NCBI GenBank assembly: GCA_032718475.1
Contig: JAUCBJ010008266.1
Location: forward strand, 1-40,885
Reading direction: 5' to 3'
DNA length: 40,885 nt
From: Nemertoderma westbladi
Taxonomy: Eukaryota > Animalia > Xenacoelomorpha
The notes under the pieces were generated by a model that saw nothing but the letters and a program-made list of their open reading frames with translations, ran no database searches and had not been told where the DNA came from. Made by a program: the position numbers and the translations under genes. Below are positions 12,401 to 24,901 of the stretch, in pieces (positions within the stretch are counted from its first letter, which is position 1; each line of letters begins with the position of its first letter).

Positions 12401-13394
12401 CCCGAACCCTTTATTATGACCCGAACCCTTTATTATGACCCGAACCCTTTATTATGACCCGAACCCTTTATTATGACCCGAACCCTTTATTATGACCCGA
12501 ACCCTTTATTATGACCCGAACCCTTTATTATGACCCGAACCCTTTATTATGACCCGAACCCTTTACTATGACCCGAACCCTTTATTATGACCCGAACCCT
12601 TTATTATGACCCGAACCCTTTATTATGACCCGAACCCTTTATTATGACCCGAACCCTTTATTATGACCCGAACCCTTTATTATGACCCGAACCCTTTATT
12701 ATGACCCGAACTCTTTATTATGACCCGAACTCTTTTTATTATGACCCGAACCCTTTATTATGACCCGAACCCTTTATTATGACCCGAACCCTTTATGTAT
12801 GACCCGAACCCTTTAATATGACCCGAATCCTTTATTATGACCCGAATCCTTTATTATGACCCGAACCCTTTATTATGACCCGAACCCTTTAATATGACCC
12901 GAACCCTTTATTATGACCCGAACCCTTTATTATGACCCGAACCCTTTATTATGACCCGAACCCTTTATTATGACCCGAACCCTTTATTATGACCCGAACC
13001 CTTTATTATGACCCGAACCCTTTATGTATGACCCGAACCCTTTAATATGACCCGAATCCTTTATTATGACCCGAATCCTTTATTATGACCCGAACCCTTT
13101 ATTATGACCCGAACCCTTTAATATGACCCGAACCCTTTATTATGACCCGAACCCTTTATTATGACCCGAACCCTTTATTATGACCCGAACCCTTTATTAT
13201 GACCCGAACCCTTTATTATGACCCGAACCCTTTATTATGACCCGAACCCTTTATTATGACCCGAACCCTTTATTATGACCCGAACCCTTTATTATGACCC
13301 GAACCCTTTATTATGACCCGAACCCTTTATTATGACCCGAACCCTTTATTATGACCCGAACCCTTTATTATGACCCGAACCCTTTATTATGACC
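9416..13394 (+). repeat. 19-bp minisatellite, about 209 copies (GACCCGAACCCTTTATTAT)
   Basis: Read directly. The 5' part is nearly invariant and the 3' part has recurring variant blocks. Confidence 0.99.
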
Positions 13395-13984
13395 AAGAAC
13401 CCTTACAATTAGCCTTAGTTTATTTACCCTTACAATATTGTATTGTTGTCTGGGAATATATTATATAGAAACAAATATACATAGGTTAAGAAAAATAAAA
13501 TACTCAGATGTATCTCATTATTCTCAGATACTGTAGGTTAAGGCATTTGTTCCCGATATATAAGAGGTTAACAATTATGCATGTAAAACATGTATTGTAA
13601 AGTACAGTACTCTCTTCATGCACGGAATTCAATATGATGATTACTCATCCGATTTGGGTAGACTCTTCACCCTCGCGAGAGATGTACGCGCTTATATTAC
13701 TGTACACGTTCAACGGCAGTAAATAATTATTTTCTACGACGAAAAACTTAGTTGTAGGCCAGTCTTCAATTTCTTATTGAGGATCAGTGCTATGGAACTG
13801 TGTCCTTAAGCGATTTATTAAATACATATTAGCCTATTAGGCCTATTATTATAATATACTATATACGGTATATTAACTCCTTATATTAAAATGAAAGACA
13901 ATTATTTCAAAGAATGATGTATCTATTTTTAAACTCTCTACATTGTAAGATAGTCATTATATTTTTAATTTCATTAATTTTATC

Positions 13985-14230
13985 TCCATTTGGTCCCCAC
14001 AAGCTTAAGACTTGAACAGAGCCGCCTCCGCCTCGCAGGACATTGCATTCGCCGTGAGGACCGGGCTGTGCACATTGTTGTGCTGTGGCAGTCTCATGGA
14101 GAAAATACGCAAGGTGGACAGGCCACGCGGACACTTGGTGAAGGCTGCTGCAAAGATAATTTAAGACCAATCGTGCCAGCGGAGTAGATGGTGTCCCACC
14201 TGATGTCTGAGGTACAGAACGACGAGAGTA
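13985..14230 (+). mobile_element. 3' fragment of an RTE/RTEX-type non-LTR retrotransposon ORF2
   Basis: SRLRLAGHCIRREDRAVHIVVLWQSHG is typical of the RTE-clade C-terminus. It is paralogous to 15275-15400. Confidence 0.75.
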
Positions 14231-14254
14231 GTCCTACAAGAAATGAAAACAAAT

Positions 14255-15520
14255 TAGTTGGTGCCAGTTCCCAAGAAGGGCAACCTGACGGTTTTTTCCT
14301 ATACAATATTAAATAGAAGCGATATTAAATCGCTTCAGGGATCCCATTGAGAGATTGCTCCGTGGAAATCAGAATGGGTTCCGTAAAGGTCGTGGGACCA
14401 TGGAGCCCATTTTGGCACTTAGAAGGATAATTGAAGAGTTATCAAAAAAAGAGAAAGACATCTGGATGTAATTTTATTGACTTTCTCGAGGCGTTTGATT
14501 GAGTCTCCCGCTCAAGTATGTTCAGCATACTTTCATTATATGGGATTCCTGATGAAATTATTTCAGCAATCACATCGGTACACGATGGCTCGACGACATT
14601 TGTGTCTACTGTTGACGGTGACACAGAACCATTCGAAGTGTTATATGGAGTCCTCCAGGGAGACTTGCACCATTCTTATTCATAATTGTGGTTGACTTAT
14701 GTTCTACGCATGTCCTCAGATCATCATAATGACGATGGGGTGATGGTAACACCACCTCTACCTGCTCCAGAGGTCGAGGAAATCCAGCCAAGTACCTAAC
14801 TGATCTAGTCTTTGCTTATGACCTAGTAGTGCACTCAGAATCACCAGAGAGAGCCCAACCGCTCCTCAGCTAATTAACAGGCTGCTTTTGTTAACTCCAG
14901 AAAGACCAAAATGTTGCCAGTGTCTGATCGTATGAGCATAAGCTCAAAGGATGGTTTTTTTGAGCAAGTCGACGACTTCTGTTACCTGGGATCATGGATC
15001 CGGAAGTCAGGTGAGGACTTTAAATACGTCAGGTAAATGCATGGGCGGCCTTGTATGGGTTTCCAGGATTTGGAAGTCATAGAATTAATCGGAAACTTGA
15101 GGTACGATTATTTAGAGCAGCAGTAGTTCCAGTACACTTCTATGGGAGTCCATGCTGGGCTCTAACTAATGAGGACACCAAATCTCTCAAATTTACATGA
15201 ATGGCCGGGTTTGCTGTGTCAAGTACAATGCACACATCTCCAACCAGACACTATATAACATTGGAGATGTCTCATTGGTTCCCCTGAACTTGACACTTCA
15301 ACAAAGCCGCCTCCGCTTTGCAGGACATTGATTTCGCCGTGAGAACCAGCCAGTGCATTATCTTGTTCTTTGGCGGCCTCATGGAGTGAAGAAGCATGGA
15401 CAGCCCATGACTTTCTTGAGACGCATCTTAAAGGACACTGGCCTTGAGGATGCGGATGATCTAGCAAATGTCATGGGTGATAGGGAGTTGTGGAGCTGCA
15501 ACTTTGCCGAAGAGCCGGCA
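14255..15520 (+). mobile_element. 5'-truncated, decayed RTE/RTEX-type LINE (reverse transcriptase relic)
   Basis: Frameshifted peptides in the expected order: LVPVPKKGNLT, ILNRFRDPIERLLRGNQNGFRKGRGTMEPILALRRIIEE, FIDFLEAFD*V, GVLQGD, LTDLVFAYD (decayed FADD), QVDDFCYLGSWI, RLRFAGH. Confidence 0.88.
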
Positions 15521-15708
15521 CAGCATTCTTAATATTCTGTATATGTAATGTAATATATAATGCAGCTGCATTGCACCATGCCGATTGTACAGTAGCAGTT
15601 TTAGTGGTACGAGCGAAAGGGCCGTTGCTATGCACATTGAAAAAGTTGCTAACTTTGAAGTCATTTTCACCCGGTTGTTACGGTCGAAATTTTTTTTTAT
15701 TTACCAGT

Positions 15709-17849
15709 ACCATGTCCTGGAATATACAGTAGTGTCGTTATTCAGGTACCTGCCCCCCCCCCCCCCCCCCCCCCAACTTTTTCTACAAATCTTAATGAAA
15801 TTGCATTGAATTTGAAACAGAGATACAGTAGTTTCATCTCCCTCATCCTTAGTGGGTGAGCCATACAGTAATTGTTATTTTTGCTTTCATTCTTTAACTA
15901 CAAGCGTTTAAAAAGGGTCATTAAAGGTCGTACGCGACATCCTAGTAAACAATGGGGGTGTAAAACTCTATTGTTTATACTTGTTTATTTATTTTTTAAA
16001 AAAGGTGTCTCCGACGAAATTGTATCATTAACACCTCAGTTATTCTTCAAACCTGTAGTGATTTGTTGGTACTAGTGGAAAGCTGACCATTTTATTATAT
16101 TTTGTTACAATATGTCAACTAAACAGCGTTCTGGTGAATTACTCGTAACGCTGCAAAGTACTACTTTGCAGCGTTGCGGCCTATAGGACGGAACACTGCA
16201 AAGTAATCAATGACATGGAAACAACTTCAATTACCGTATTCCAGAATGTATTATTTCCATTTATATTAATTTGTGCTTTTTATTCAATAAAGCAGCACGT
16301 GTTTGCATAATGCGTACGTCAAGTTTGAAGTGACAGGACTAGCTAGCTACTCTATGTAAATAATTGTTTAACGTGTAAGACTGTATTCCATACGTCCCAT
16401 AGAAGACATTTTAAAGAAAATGAACAAATAAAATATGGCGACAGTGTTCAGTAAAACTGAACGGACAAAGACGGTGACTCAGTCGAAGATGGATCAAAGA
16501 TTTATTGCATCCACGCTGGAGATAACAACAATAAACTTTAATTAGATTTAAATGTTTAATTGATACTGTGTACCTGTTAATAAATTTCACTTATATTCGA
16601 ATTAGTACATGATTAAAATGTTTAAATGAGAGCATCCCTAAAATCCTTTCTTCACATATCGAACGCTGACAAGTTGACATAATGTCACAAAATTACATAC
16701 ATCATTGTATGCAAAGGTCACTTTTCAGCGTTAAAGACCCTTGTTTAAACCTCCCTCGCTGCGCTCGCTCGGTACATAAATAAACTCGGGTCATAACGCT
16801 GCAAAGTGCTACGTACTTTGAACACAGTAATGTAAATAGTTACGAATTTGGTTAGTAAACAGCTGAGATACGGGCATTCGAAATTGCATGTATTTGTTTC
16901 CGCTGTAGGCCATATTTATTCTATTTAATAAATACACAATGTTCTAGAATATTTTTGATTATGTATTAATTCATTCATTCGTTCATTCATTCATCCGGTT
17001 TTTTTCGCCCCGGTGGCTTTATTAAGTAAAATAAATAAAATCGACACAAACTATCAGTAAAACAACATAAAATGGGAAGCTGACACAGAAGCTAAAATAA
17101 AGCTAAAATTTAATATGCGAGTCAATTACAATTATTAATATGGCTAATTACACTGTACGGTCCGTGTCCTGTTGATCTGATCTCTCCAGTTAGAATAATA
17201 AATAAGTTATGCACTGCTTACAAAGTATGAATTTCCCTTCTGCCGAGTTCAGTAGACGTAAAATACAGTATATAGGTAGATAAAGTGGTCCCTTAAGGGA
17301 TTAATATCCATCCATGTACTAGTATTATCATGTAGACATTGCATTGTTGCCAAGCTACTTATGAGATAAACAAAATATTCTAGAACATTGTGTATTTATT
17401 TAATAGAATAAATGGCCTGCAGCGGAAGTTAATACATGGAAATTTCGAATGCCCATATCTCAGCTATTTCCTAAACAAATTCAATTATTTTTACATATTT
17501 GGAATCATTGCACGGTGAACACGGCAAACTACAGTACTGTAGTACCAACAAATCATTACAGGTTTGAAGAATTAGCTGCGGTGTAACTGATGCAATTTCG
17601 TCGGAGAGACTTTTTTTAAACGCTTTTAGCTATAGAATGAACGCAAAAATAACAATTCTGGTTCACCCACTAAGGAGGAAAGTTTGAAAAACTAACTTTT
17701 TACAAAGGAGGAGGGAGATGAAACTACAGAATCTCTATTTCAAATTTCATGCTATCTCAATAAGATTTGTAGGAAATTATTATTATTATTTTTTTTTTGG
17801 GGTTGGGGGGGAGGGGGGCAGGTACTTGAATAACGACACTATATTCTGG
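15709..17849. mobile_element. MITE family A copy with a nested insertion in the left arm
   Basis: Left terminus catgtcctggaata...gtgtcgttattcaggtacctg plus C-tract. The arm breaks near 16090 and resumes near 16844. The right arm (17375-17849) ends G-tract-caggtacttgaataacgacactatattc. Confidence 0.8.
16100..16843 (+). mobile_element. Nested non-autonomous element with a 5' palindrome and a 3' hairpin
   Basis: Interrupts the family A arm. Contains the perfect palindrome aacgctgcaaagta-c-tactttgcagcgtt (16147-16175) and a 3' hairpin (16720-16808). Its tail is shared with 890-920. Confidence 0.55.
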
Positions 17850-19189
17850 TCTGGGCCATTGTGTAAATTAGTTACATCACTGATACACCGATCGACCGAT
17901 CAGCTATCATTTCTAAGCGACAGCTAGGCGCCTAGGCCTATTACATGCTATTACATACATTATCCCCACGATGAAATTTTTTAGGCAATTTTTCTGAATG
18001 ACTACTCCAGTACTCAACCAACTCCTTAAAAAAAACGAGCAATGGTTTAGATCGGAATTTGTGGGCAAAAACTTAAATTAATGACGTATCTGGGGTATCT
18101 CGATTAAAGCCTATAGGCCTATCTCAGTCAGTCAGTACAGCAGTACCCGTACTGCAGTATCTGCCTATTCAGCTATTGCTGTATTGTCTGATTAGTGTGT
18201 GTGCATTCTGCAATTATACTGTTATAGTACCGGTACTCGGTACAGAGTTATGCCTAACAGAGTTATAGAGTTATGCTATCACCTATCTGCCTATGGCAGC
18301 AACTGTCTGACTGTATGCTGCTGGCAGCTGGGTCAATGACAATGTGTGTATGATTATGATACCGTTCCTGCCGTTAGCTGGTTAGGCTGTTAGGTTTTGC
18401 GCATTCCAGCATTCAGTCATCTCAATTTCAGTATTACACAGCTGCACAGTCGGGGAGAAGTTCAAATTTCAACTTTGGAATTTCCGGTTTGGGGGGCACT
18501 GAACTGCTGAAACGCAAAACGCATGTGTCTGAAACACTTGGCTGGTGGGAAAACACGGGAAAATTTTTCTCATACAAAATACAGTCATATTCATTTCTAT
18601 ATTGTCTATATATGAAAAGACTCTGATATTTTTCTCAAATTTCCCGGTCTCCTCGGGGAAATAGCGGGAAAAATTTCCCCAAAAATTATAAAGATTTTAG
18701 ATAAACATGGTTTTCTCAATCAATATTTTTATTATACATAACAGCCTCATAATCTGAGTAGGCCTAGGCCTATAACAGTATAATAATAGACATAGAAATA
18801 CCGGTACGAGACTACTGACTGACTGACTACGAGTATTAAACAATTCAAATTAATTTCATGTGCATGAAATTAATTTCACCATTTTTTTGAGGGAAAGGAG
18901 CAGATTACATAGGCAGGCAGATACCAGATACAGAGATAGACAGGCTATTCTAACTGTCTACAGATCTAACCAAAACAATAAACGGCCACTTTACCAATTG
19001 TGGGAAAGGCAGAAAGTCCAGAAGTCTGCAATGCAATGCAAACAAACTCATCAGTTCAACCACCTATAAAAACGTGAACACTGACTCTGAAAAATCAACT
19101 GTTAGGCTGCTGACAGGCTGAAACTGTTTAGAAGACATAGGCCTAACTGCATACTGAAACTATACTAACAGACAACAGACTAATGCCAT

Positions 19190-21810
19190 ACTGAAACCAG
19201 AAACAATCTGATGAAACGTTTAAGAGACCTTCGCGCAGTACAGCAGTATGTGGGATACTGAAACCATCTGTCTGTCTGTTGAAACGTTAAGGGTCCTTCA
19301 CGCAGTACTTGATCACAGAATCGTGAGATATTAAAACTATCTGTTCAATCATTTAAGAGTCCTTCGCGCAGTTTGTGGGATACTGAAACAATCTCTTGAA
19401 TCGTTTAAGAGTCCTTTGCCGCTTTGCGTAACGCGCAGTATGTGAGATACTGAAGAAACAATCTGTTGAATCGTTTAAGAGTCCTTCGCGTAACGCCCAA
19501 TATGCAGGATACTGAAATAATCTGTTAAATCGTTTAAGAGTCCTTCGCGTAACGCGCAATATGTGGGATACTGAAACAATCTATTGAAACGTTTAAGAGA
19601 CCTTTGCGCAATATGCAGGATACTGAAACAAACTGAAGAATCATTTAAGAGTCCTTCGCGTCACGCGCAATATGTAGGATACTGAAACAATATATTGAAA
19701 CGTTTAAGAGACCTTTGCGCAATATGCAGGATACTGAAACAAACTGAAGAATCGTTTAAGAGTCCTTCGCGTAACGTGCAATATGTGGGATACTGAAACA
19801 ATCTATGGAAACGTTTAAGAGACCTTTGCGCAATATGCAGGATACTGAAACAAACTGAAGAATCGTTTAAGAGTCCTTCACGTAACGCGCAATATGTGGG
19901 ATACTGAAACAATCTATTGAAACGTTTAAGAGACCTTTGCGCAATATGCAGGATACTGAAACAATCTGTTGAATCGTTTAAGAGTCCTTCGCGTAACCCG
20001 TAACACGCTATATGTGGGATACTGAAACAATCTATGGAAACGTTTAAGAGACCTTTGCACAATATGCAGGATACTGAAACAAACTGAAGAATCGTTTAAG
20101 AGTCCTTCGCACAATGCGCAGTATGTGGGATACTGAAACAATCTATTGAAACGTTTAAGAGACCTTTGCGCAATATGCAGGATACTGAAACAAACTGAAG
20201 AATCGTTTAAGAGTCCTTCGCACAATGCGCGGTATGTGGGATACTGAAACAATCTACTGAATCATTTAAGAGTCCTTCACGCAGTTTGTGGGATACTGAA
20301 ACAATCTGTTGATTCGTTTAAGAGTCATTCGTGTGATGCGCAATATGTGGGATACTGAAACAATCTATTGAAACGTTTAAGAGACCTTTGCGCAATATGC
20401 AGGATACTGAAACAAACTGAAGAATCGTTTAAGAGTCCTTCGCACAATGCGCGGTATCAGGGTATGTGGGATACTGAAACAATCTATTGAATCATTTAAG
20501 AGTCCTTCACGCAGTTTGTGGGATCCTGAAACAAACTGCTGAATCGTTTATAAGAGTCATTCACTCAGTACCTGAGATACTGATACAATCTGTTGAATCG
20601 TTTAAGAGTCCTTTTCACAGGATGTGGGATATTGAAACAATCTGTTGAATTGTTTAAGAGACTTTAGCGCAATATGTAGGTTACTGAAACAATCTGTTGA
20701 ATCGTTTAAGAGTCCTTCGCGTAACGCGCAGTATGTGGGATACTGAAACAATCTGTTGGATCCTTTAAGAGTCCTTCACGCAGTATGTGAGATACTGGAG
20801 TCCTTAGCACAATGCTCAGTATGTGGGATACTAAAACAATCTATTGAAACGTTTAAGAGTCCTTTGCGCAATATGCAGGATACTGAAACAAACTGTCAGG
20901 ACTGTTGAATCGTTTAAGAGTACTTTCCATGACGCGCAGTATGTGGCATGTGGGATGCTGAAACAATAATGTAGAATTGTTTGAGTCCTTCGCGTAATGC
21001 GCAGTATGTGGGATACTGAAACAATCTATTGAAACGTTTAAGAGACATTTGCGCAATATGCAGGATACTGAAACAAACTGTTGAATCATTTAAGAGTCCT
21101 TCAAGCAATATGCAGGATAGTGAAACAATCTATTGATTCGTTTAAGAGTCCTTTGCATAATGCGTAGTATGTGGGATACTGAAATAATCTATTGAATCGT
21201 TTAAGAGACCTTTGCGCAATATGCAGGATTCGGAAACTAACTGTTGAATCGTTTAAGAGTCCTTTGCATAACGCGCAGTATATGGGATATATACTGAAGC
21301 AATCTGTTGAATTCTTTAGGAGTCATTCACGAACAAGCAGTATATGGGAATGGGATATATACTGAAACAATCTGTTGAATCATTTATGAGTCCTTCACGC
21401 AGTACATGAGGTATTGAATCAAACTGTTGAATTGTTTAAGAGTCCTTCACGCAATGCGCAGTATGTGGGATACTGAAACAATCAGTTGAATCATTTAGGA
21501 GTCCTTTGCGCAGTTTGTGGGATACTGAAACAATCTGTTGAATCGATTAAGAGTCCTTCACGCAGTAAATGAGATACTGAAACAATCTGTTGAAACGCTT
21601 GAGTCCTTCGCCCAACACGCACTATGTGGGATACTGAAACAATCTATCTGTCTATTGAACCGTTTAAGAGTCCTTCGCGCAGTTTGTGGAATACTGAACA
21701 GCTGAAACAATCTGTTGAATCGTTTAAGAGTAATTCACGCAGTACATGAAATACTGAAACAAGAGAGTCCTTTGCACAGTATGTGGGATACTGAAACAAT
21801 CAGTTGAAAC
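19190..21810 (+). repeat. Diverged satellite of 52- and 59-bp monomers with a 111-bp dimer core
   Basis: GATACTGAAACAA..GTTTAAGAG(T/A)CCTT recurs, e.g. at 19567, 19619 and 19678. A/B alternation is regular over ~19560-20460 and the edges are decayed. Confidence 0.95.
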
Positions 21811-22295
21811 TGTTGAGGCCTTCGAGTCGAGCATCTTGATAAATATACTGAAAATAGCTGTAAAACTGAAAAAGGCCTTTGCGCAGCATATGAAATGCTT
21901 TGAAACTATTAAGGTCCCCACTGCAGCACTGGTAATATTGGCCTAGGCCGTTTATATTAATATGGTAGTTAATAATGGTAGTTATAATATACATAACAGA
22001 CATTCTATTCCTGACAGCCTGTATTTGCATTCAGCTGATATCCCTTTGATCCTCAGGCTGTCAGGTATGTAGGTAGCAGGGTTGTCATCGTTGCATATCA
22101 TTAATTTATTGCTGTTTTTTGTCCATATTTTATAATATACCTAGTTAATGTTTATAGCAATGTTGGGTGTACCATTACCATACCTCTGGAATAAGCACCT
22201 GCAATCAAAAGAATATGTTTGAGAAACTGGATGACCATGCAAACATGACACTGTAACTCTAGACTTAATGTCTTTGAGCTTTAACTTCATATCGA

Positions 22296-22464
22296 ATGGC
22301 TAAACTTTACGACTTTCAGTGGGTTATTCCCGTACCAGAGGAGCTGCAAAAAGGAGTTATCCTAGATCGATGGGATCAAAGTGAAAGTAGCATTGAGACA
22401 AACTGTTTAGTGAAAGTTGATGAGTTTGGCTTCTTTATTTACTGGAAGAGCGAGGGCAAAGAAG
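22296..22464 (+). CDS. PLCB4: Phospholipase C beta (PLCB4/norpA type), coding exon 1 (start of PH domain); missed by the ORF track
   Basis: MAKLYDFQWVIPVPEELQKGVILDRWD...CLVKVDEFGFFIYWKSEGKE resembles the PLCB4 N-terminus. Donor G|gtgagt is phase 1 and joins exon 2 to give EGKEGQVLEC. Confidence 0.9.
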
Positions 22465-22779
22465 GTGAGTAGGCCTACCCTCTTGCCTCTACTCCTACTG
22501 ATATATATATATTATTTCTTTGAGAGGAAATTAGTAGTGGCCTTCACGGACTTTCATACAGCCATTCAGAGTCCTATGAATTATAAAAAACACAATATTT
22601 GCCAAAAAATAATTTACCGATTTGCTTTGCTGATGCCTTTTAAATGTTTATCTTTTTTCGAAATCATCTGTAGCAGTAGTAGGACCCAGTAGTAGCATCT
22701 TTCTAGTTTGGTTCCCAAAGACACCAAATTATTTTGAGGCCTGATCTCAATCTGTTTGTCATTTAATATATACTGTACG

Positions 22780-23136
22780 TACCGTCAAATGGGGATACTT
22801 GGGCCCTGTGGATAACATGGGCCATTTGACTTAAAATGACTTTCAATCAGTGAAAAGTTTGCTTTTTTTCCTTTTATAACACTGAAGCTTGTTAAATATG
22901 AGAAGCTGAATTATTTAGCCACATTTTACCACATTATTGAGCCCAGCCCTAGATTTAAAATTGCCGTTTTATGTCTTTTATGAATTTAACCTTTTAGAAA
23001 CATTATAATGGCCCAACTTACCCCGTTAAACATGTGTCTCCAATAACAGTACAATTTATTGACCCTTGGTCTGCCAATGGCAGACCAGGTTTTTTTTTTA
23101 ACATTATAATGGCTCAAGTTACCCCATTTAAGGGTC
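22780..23136. mobile_element. Small MITE (family C) in PLC intron 1
   Basis: Imperfect TIRs taccgtcaaatggggatacttgggcc / ggctcaagttaccccatttaagggt, plus internal copies of the TIR motif. Confidence 0.55.
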
Positions 23137-23376
23137 ATTCATTATAGCCAGTTATATTAGATTACTAGTAAAATTAACAACTTTTTATACCTGATGGCAC
23201 AAGTAATAAGTTTCCCAGTTCCCCATGTCAAGGATACTTGGGCCTCATCAGTTTTAAAAAAATCGTATTAGCTTTCTGACAACAGAAGGTTAACTAACTC
23301 AAGCAAACTAAGAAAATATGTATTCTAATAGGTCTGATAAGCACAACAATAGCTTTAATTTAATAAAGCTGTGTTA

Positions 23377-23761
23377 GGTACCGTCACACCCCCTCCAAAT
23401 TTTGTATACTGGATACATTTTGCTATTTTTTCTACCGGTAAAATGTCCACGAACATGTTACATAGGCCCTATTCATTTATACGGTACCGGTAACGAAAAG
23501 GTTACAGAAATATTTATTCATTCTGGAACTTGTCGATAAGTTCATTTACAGGCACAAATATGTAAGCCCGACTTTAGCACCCGGTACAAGGTTATTTTTG
23601 TGGTCGATGCTAACAGGTACTTTTGTGTAAGGTTAGGTTGAGATTTATCATATTTTTGTGATGTTTTTTTGTAATCGATTTAAATTCATAACCATTCATA
23701 AATAATATATAGCAAAATGACTATCTGGTAAATTACATTTTTTGGGGAGGTGTAGTTACCG
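23377..23761. mobile_element. Possible MITE (family D)
   Basis: Imperfect TIRs ggtaccgtcacaccccctccaaattttgta / tacattttttggggaggtgtagttacc. Confidence 0.4.
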
Positions 23762-24901
23762 GAACACAACCTGCAGTATTGATAATGCGAATTAATTAAA
23801 CTGTAGTATTTGCAGTTCTGAACTATTGTTTATAATCCCTGTGCAATGATTCTAGAATGATAGATAATATGAATCTCCAAGAAATTTTAATTATTTTGTA
23901 AATTTAATACCGGTGGTACTAATAAGAGACTATAGAGTTTGTCCCGCAAAATTTGATGCAGTATTTTATTTTACCTAGGTATTTCTCACGTTGAAATATG
24001 AACGGAAATACAATGTATTGGTTTAACCCCGAAACTTATCTGATTAAAAATTATGCGAAAATTGCAAACGGTAGAACAGGGAATATAATATTACGTATTT
24101 ACATTATTACCTATTTATTGCAGATAGCCAATATTGGGTGGGACACTGACCTTATTAAATTAAAAGGATAGTTAATGGGTAAACAGATTACATGGTAGCC
24201 CCCCAGTACCTTTTCTGGTGCTCAAACACACATTTGCCGGTTGGAAGACCGGCGCTATAACCACCTGGCCCACTCATAAACAAACGCCTAATCCAGTAAA
24301 CCAGTAACCATTTAGGCATAATACTTAATTAGTTTCTATCCCATTATGGGTTAATGGCAATACTTAAACATTAGGCCTAGTTGATATAAATAGGTTATAT
24401 AAATACGGGTTATACTGTATACTGATATATATAGTACCATGAGAGCGGTTATTAGCCAATATGCCTAGATATAATGAATAGGTACCGGTAACTGAAAACA
24501 AACAACTAAACAGATCTAACAACCCTTTAATAACGTAAAGTAAATAAAAAAAAACAATAGATACAAGTTTCGAGAACGAGAAGGGCATAAGGAAGTTGAG
24601 CTGCGGGGAATGTCACGATTGGGGTACCGGTACCTATAAATTTAATGCAAAGTACAGAAGTATTTACAGTAGTGGCGGTCTAAACCCCAATTAAAACTGT
24701 CATGTAACCCTAACCCTAACACATAATCTAATATATAGTAAGCATTTGTTGTGTACTAAAAATATATAGATCATATGGGTTTCTCGTTTTATACCTCGAC
24801 ATATAGAACTCTATAGAACTCTGTTACTGTACTTGGCCGAACACATGCAATAACCAAGCCAACACACAACATTTATATAAATATATATGTTTAATTATCA
24901 G

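Noticed and set aside
9416-13394. Telomeric repeat array
   Set aside because: The unit is 19 bp, not TTAGGG or TTAGG, and the array is interstitial with unique flanks.
19740-19815. CTGAAGA...GAAAC in satellite monomers as a possible hammerhead
   Set aside because: There is no UH cleavage site after the putative stem III and no convincing stem I or stem II.
19190-21810. CRISPR-like look (ATTGAAAC and GTTTAAGAG motifs at regular spacing)
   Set aside because: The intervening sequences are homologous to each other rather than unique spacers, there are no cas genes, and the context is eukaryotic.
24225-24275. Minus-strand tRNA-like fragment (gggccaggtggttatagcg-ccggt-cttcca-accgg)
   Set aside because: The loop is 6 nt and there is no T-arm or acceptor stem. 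At most it is a SINE relic, not a tRNA gene.
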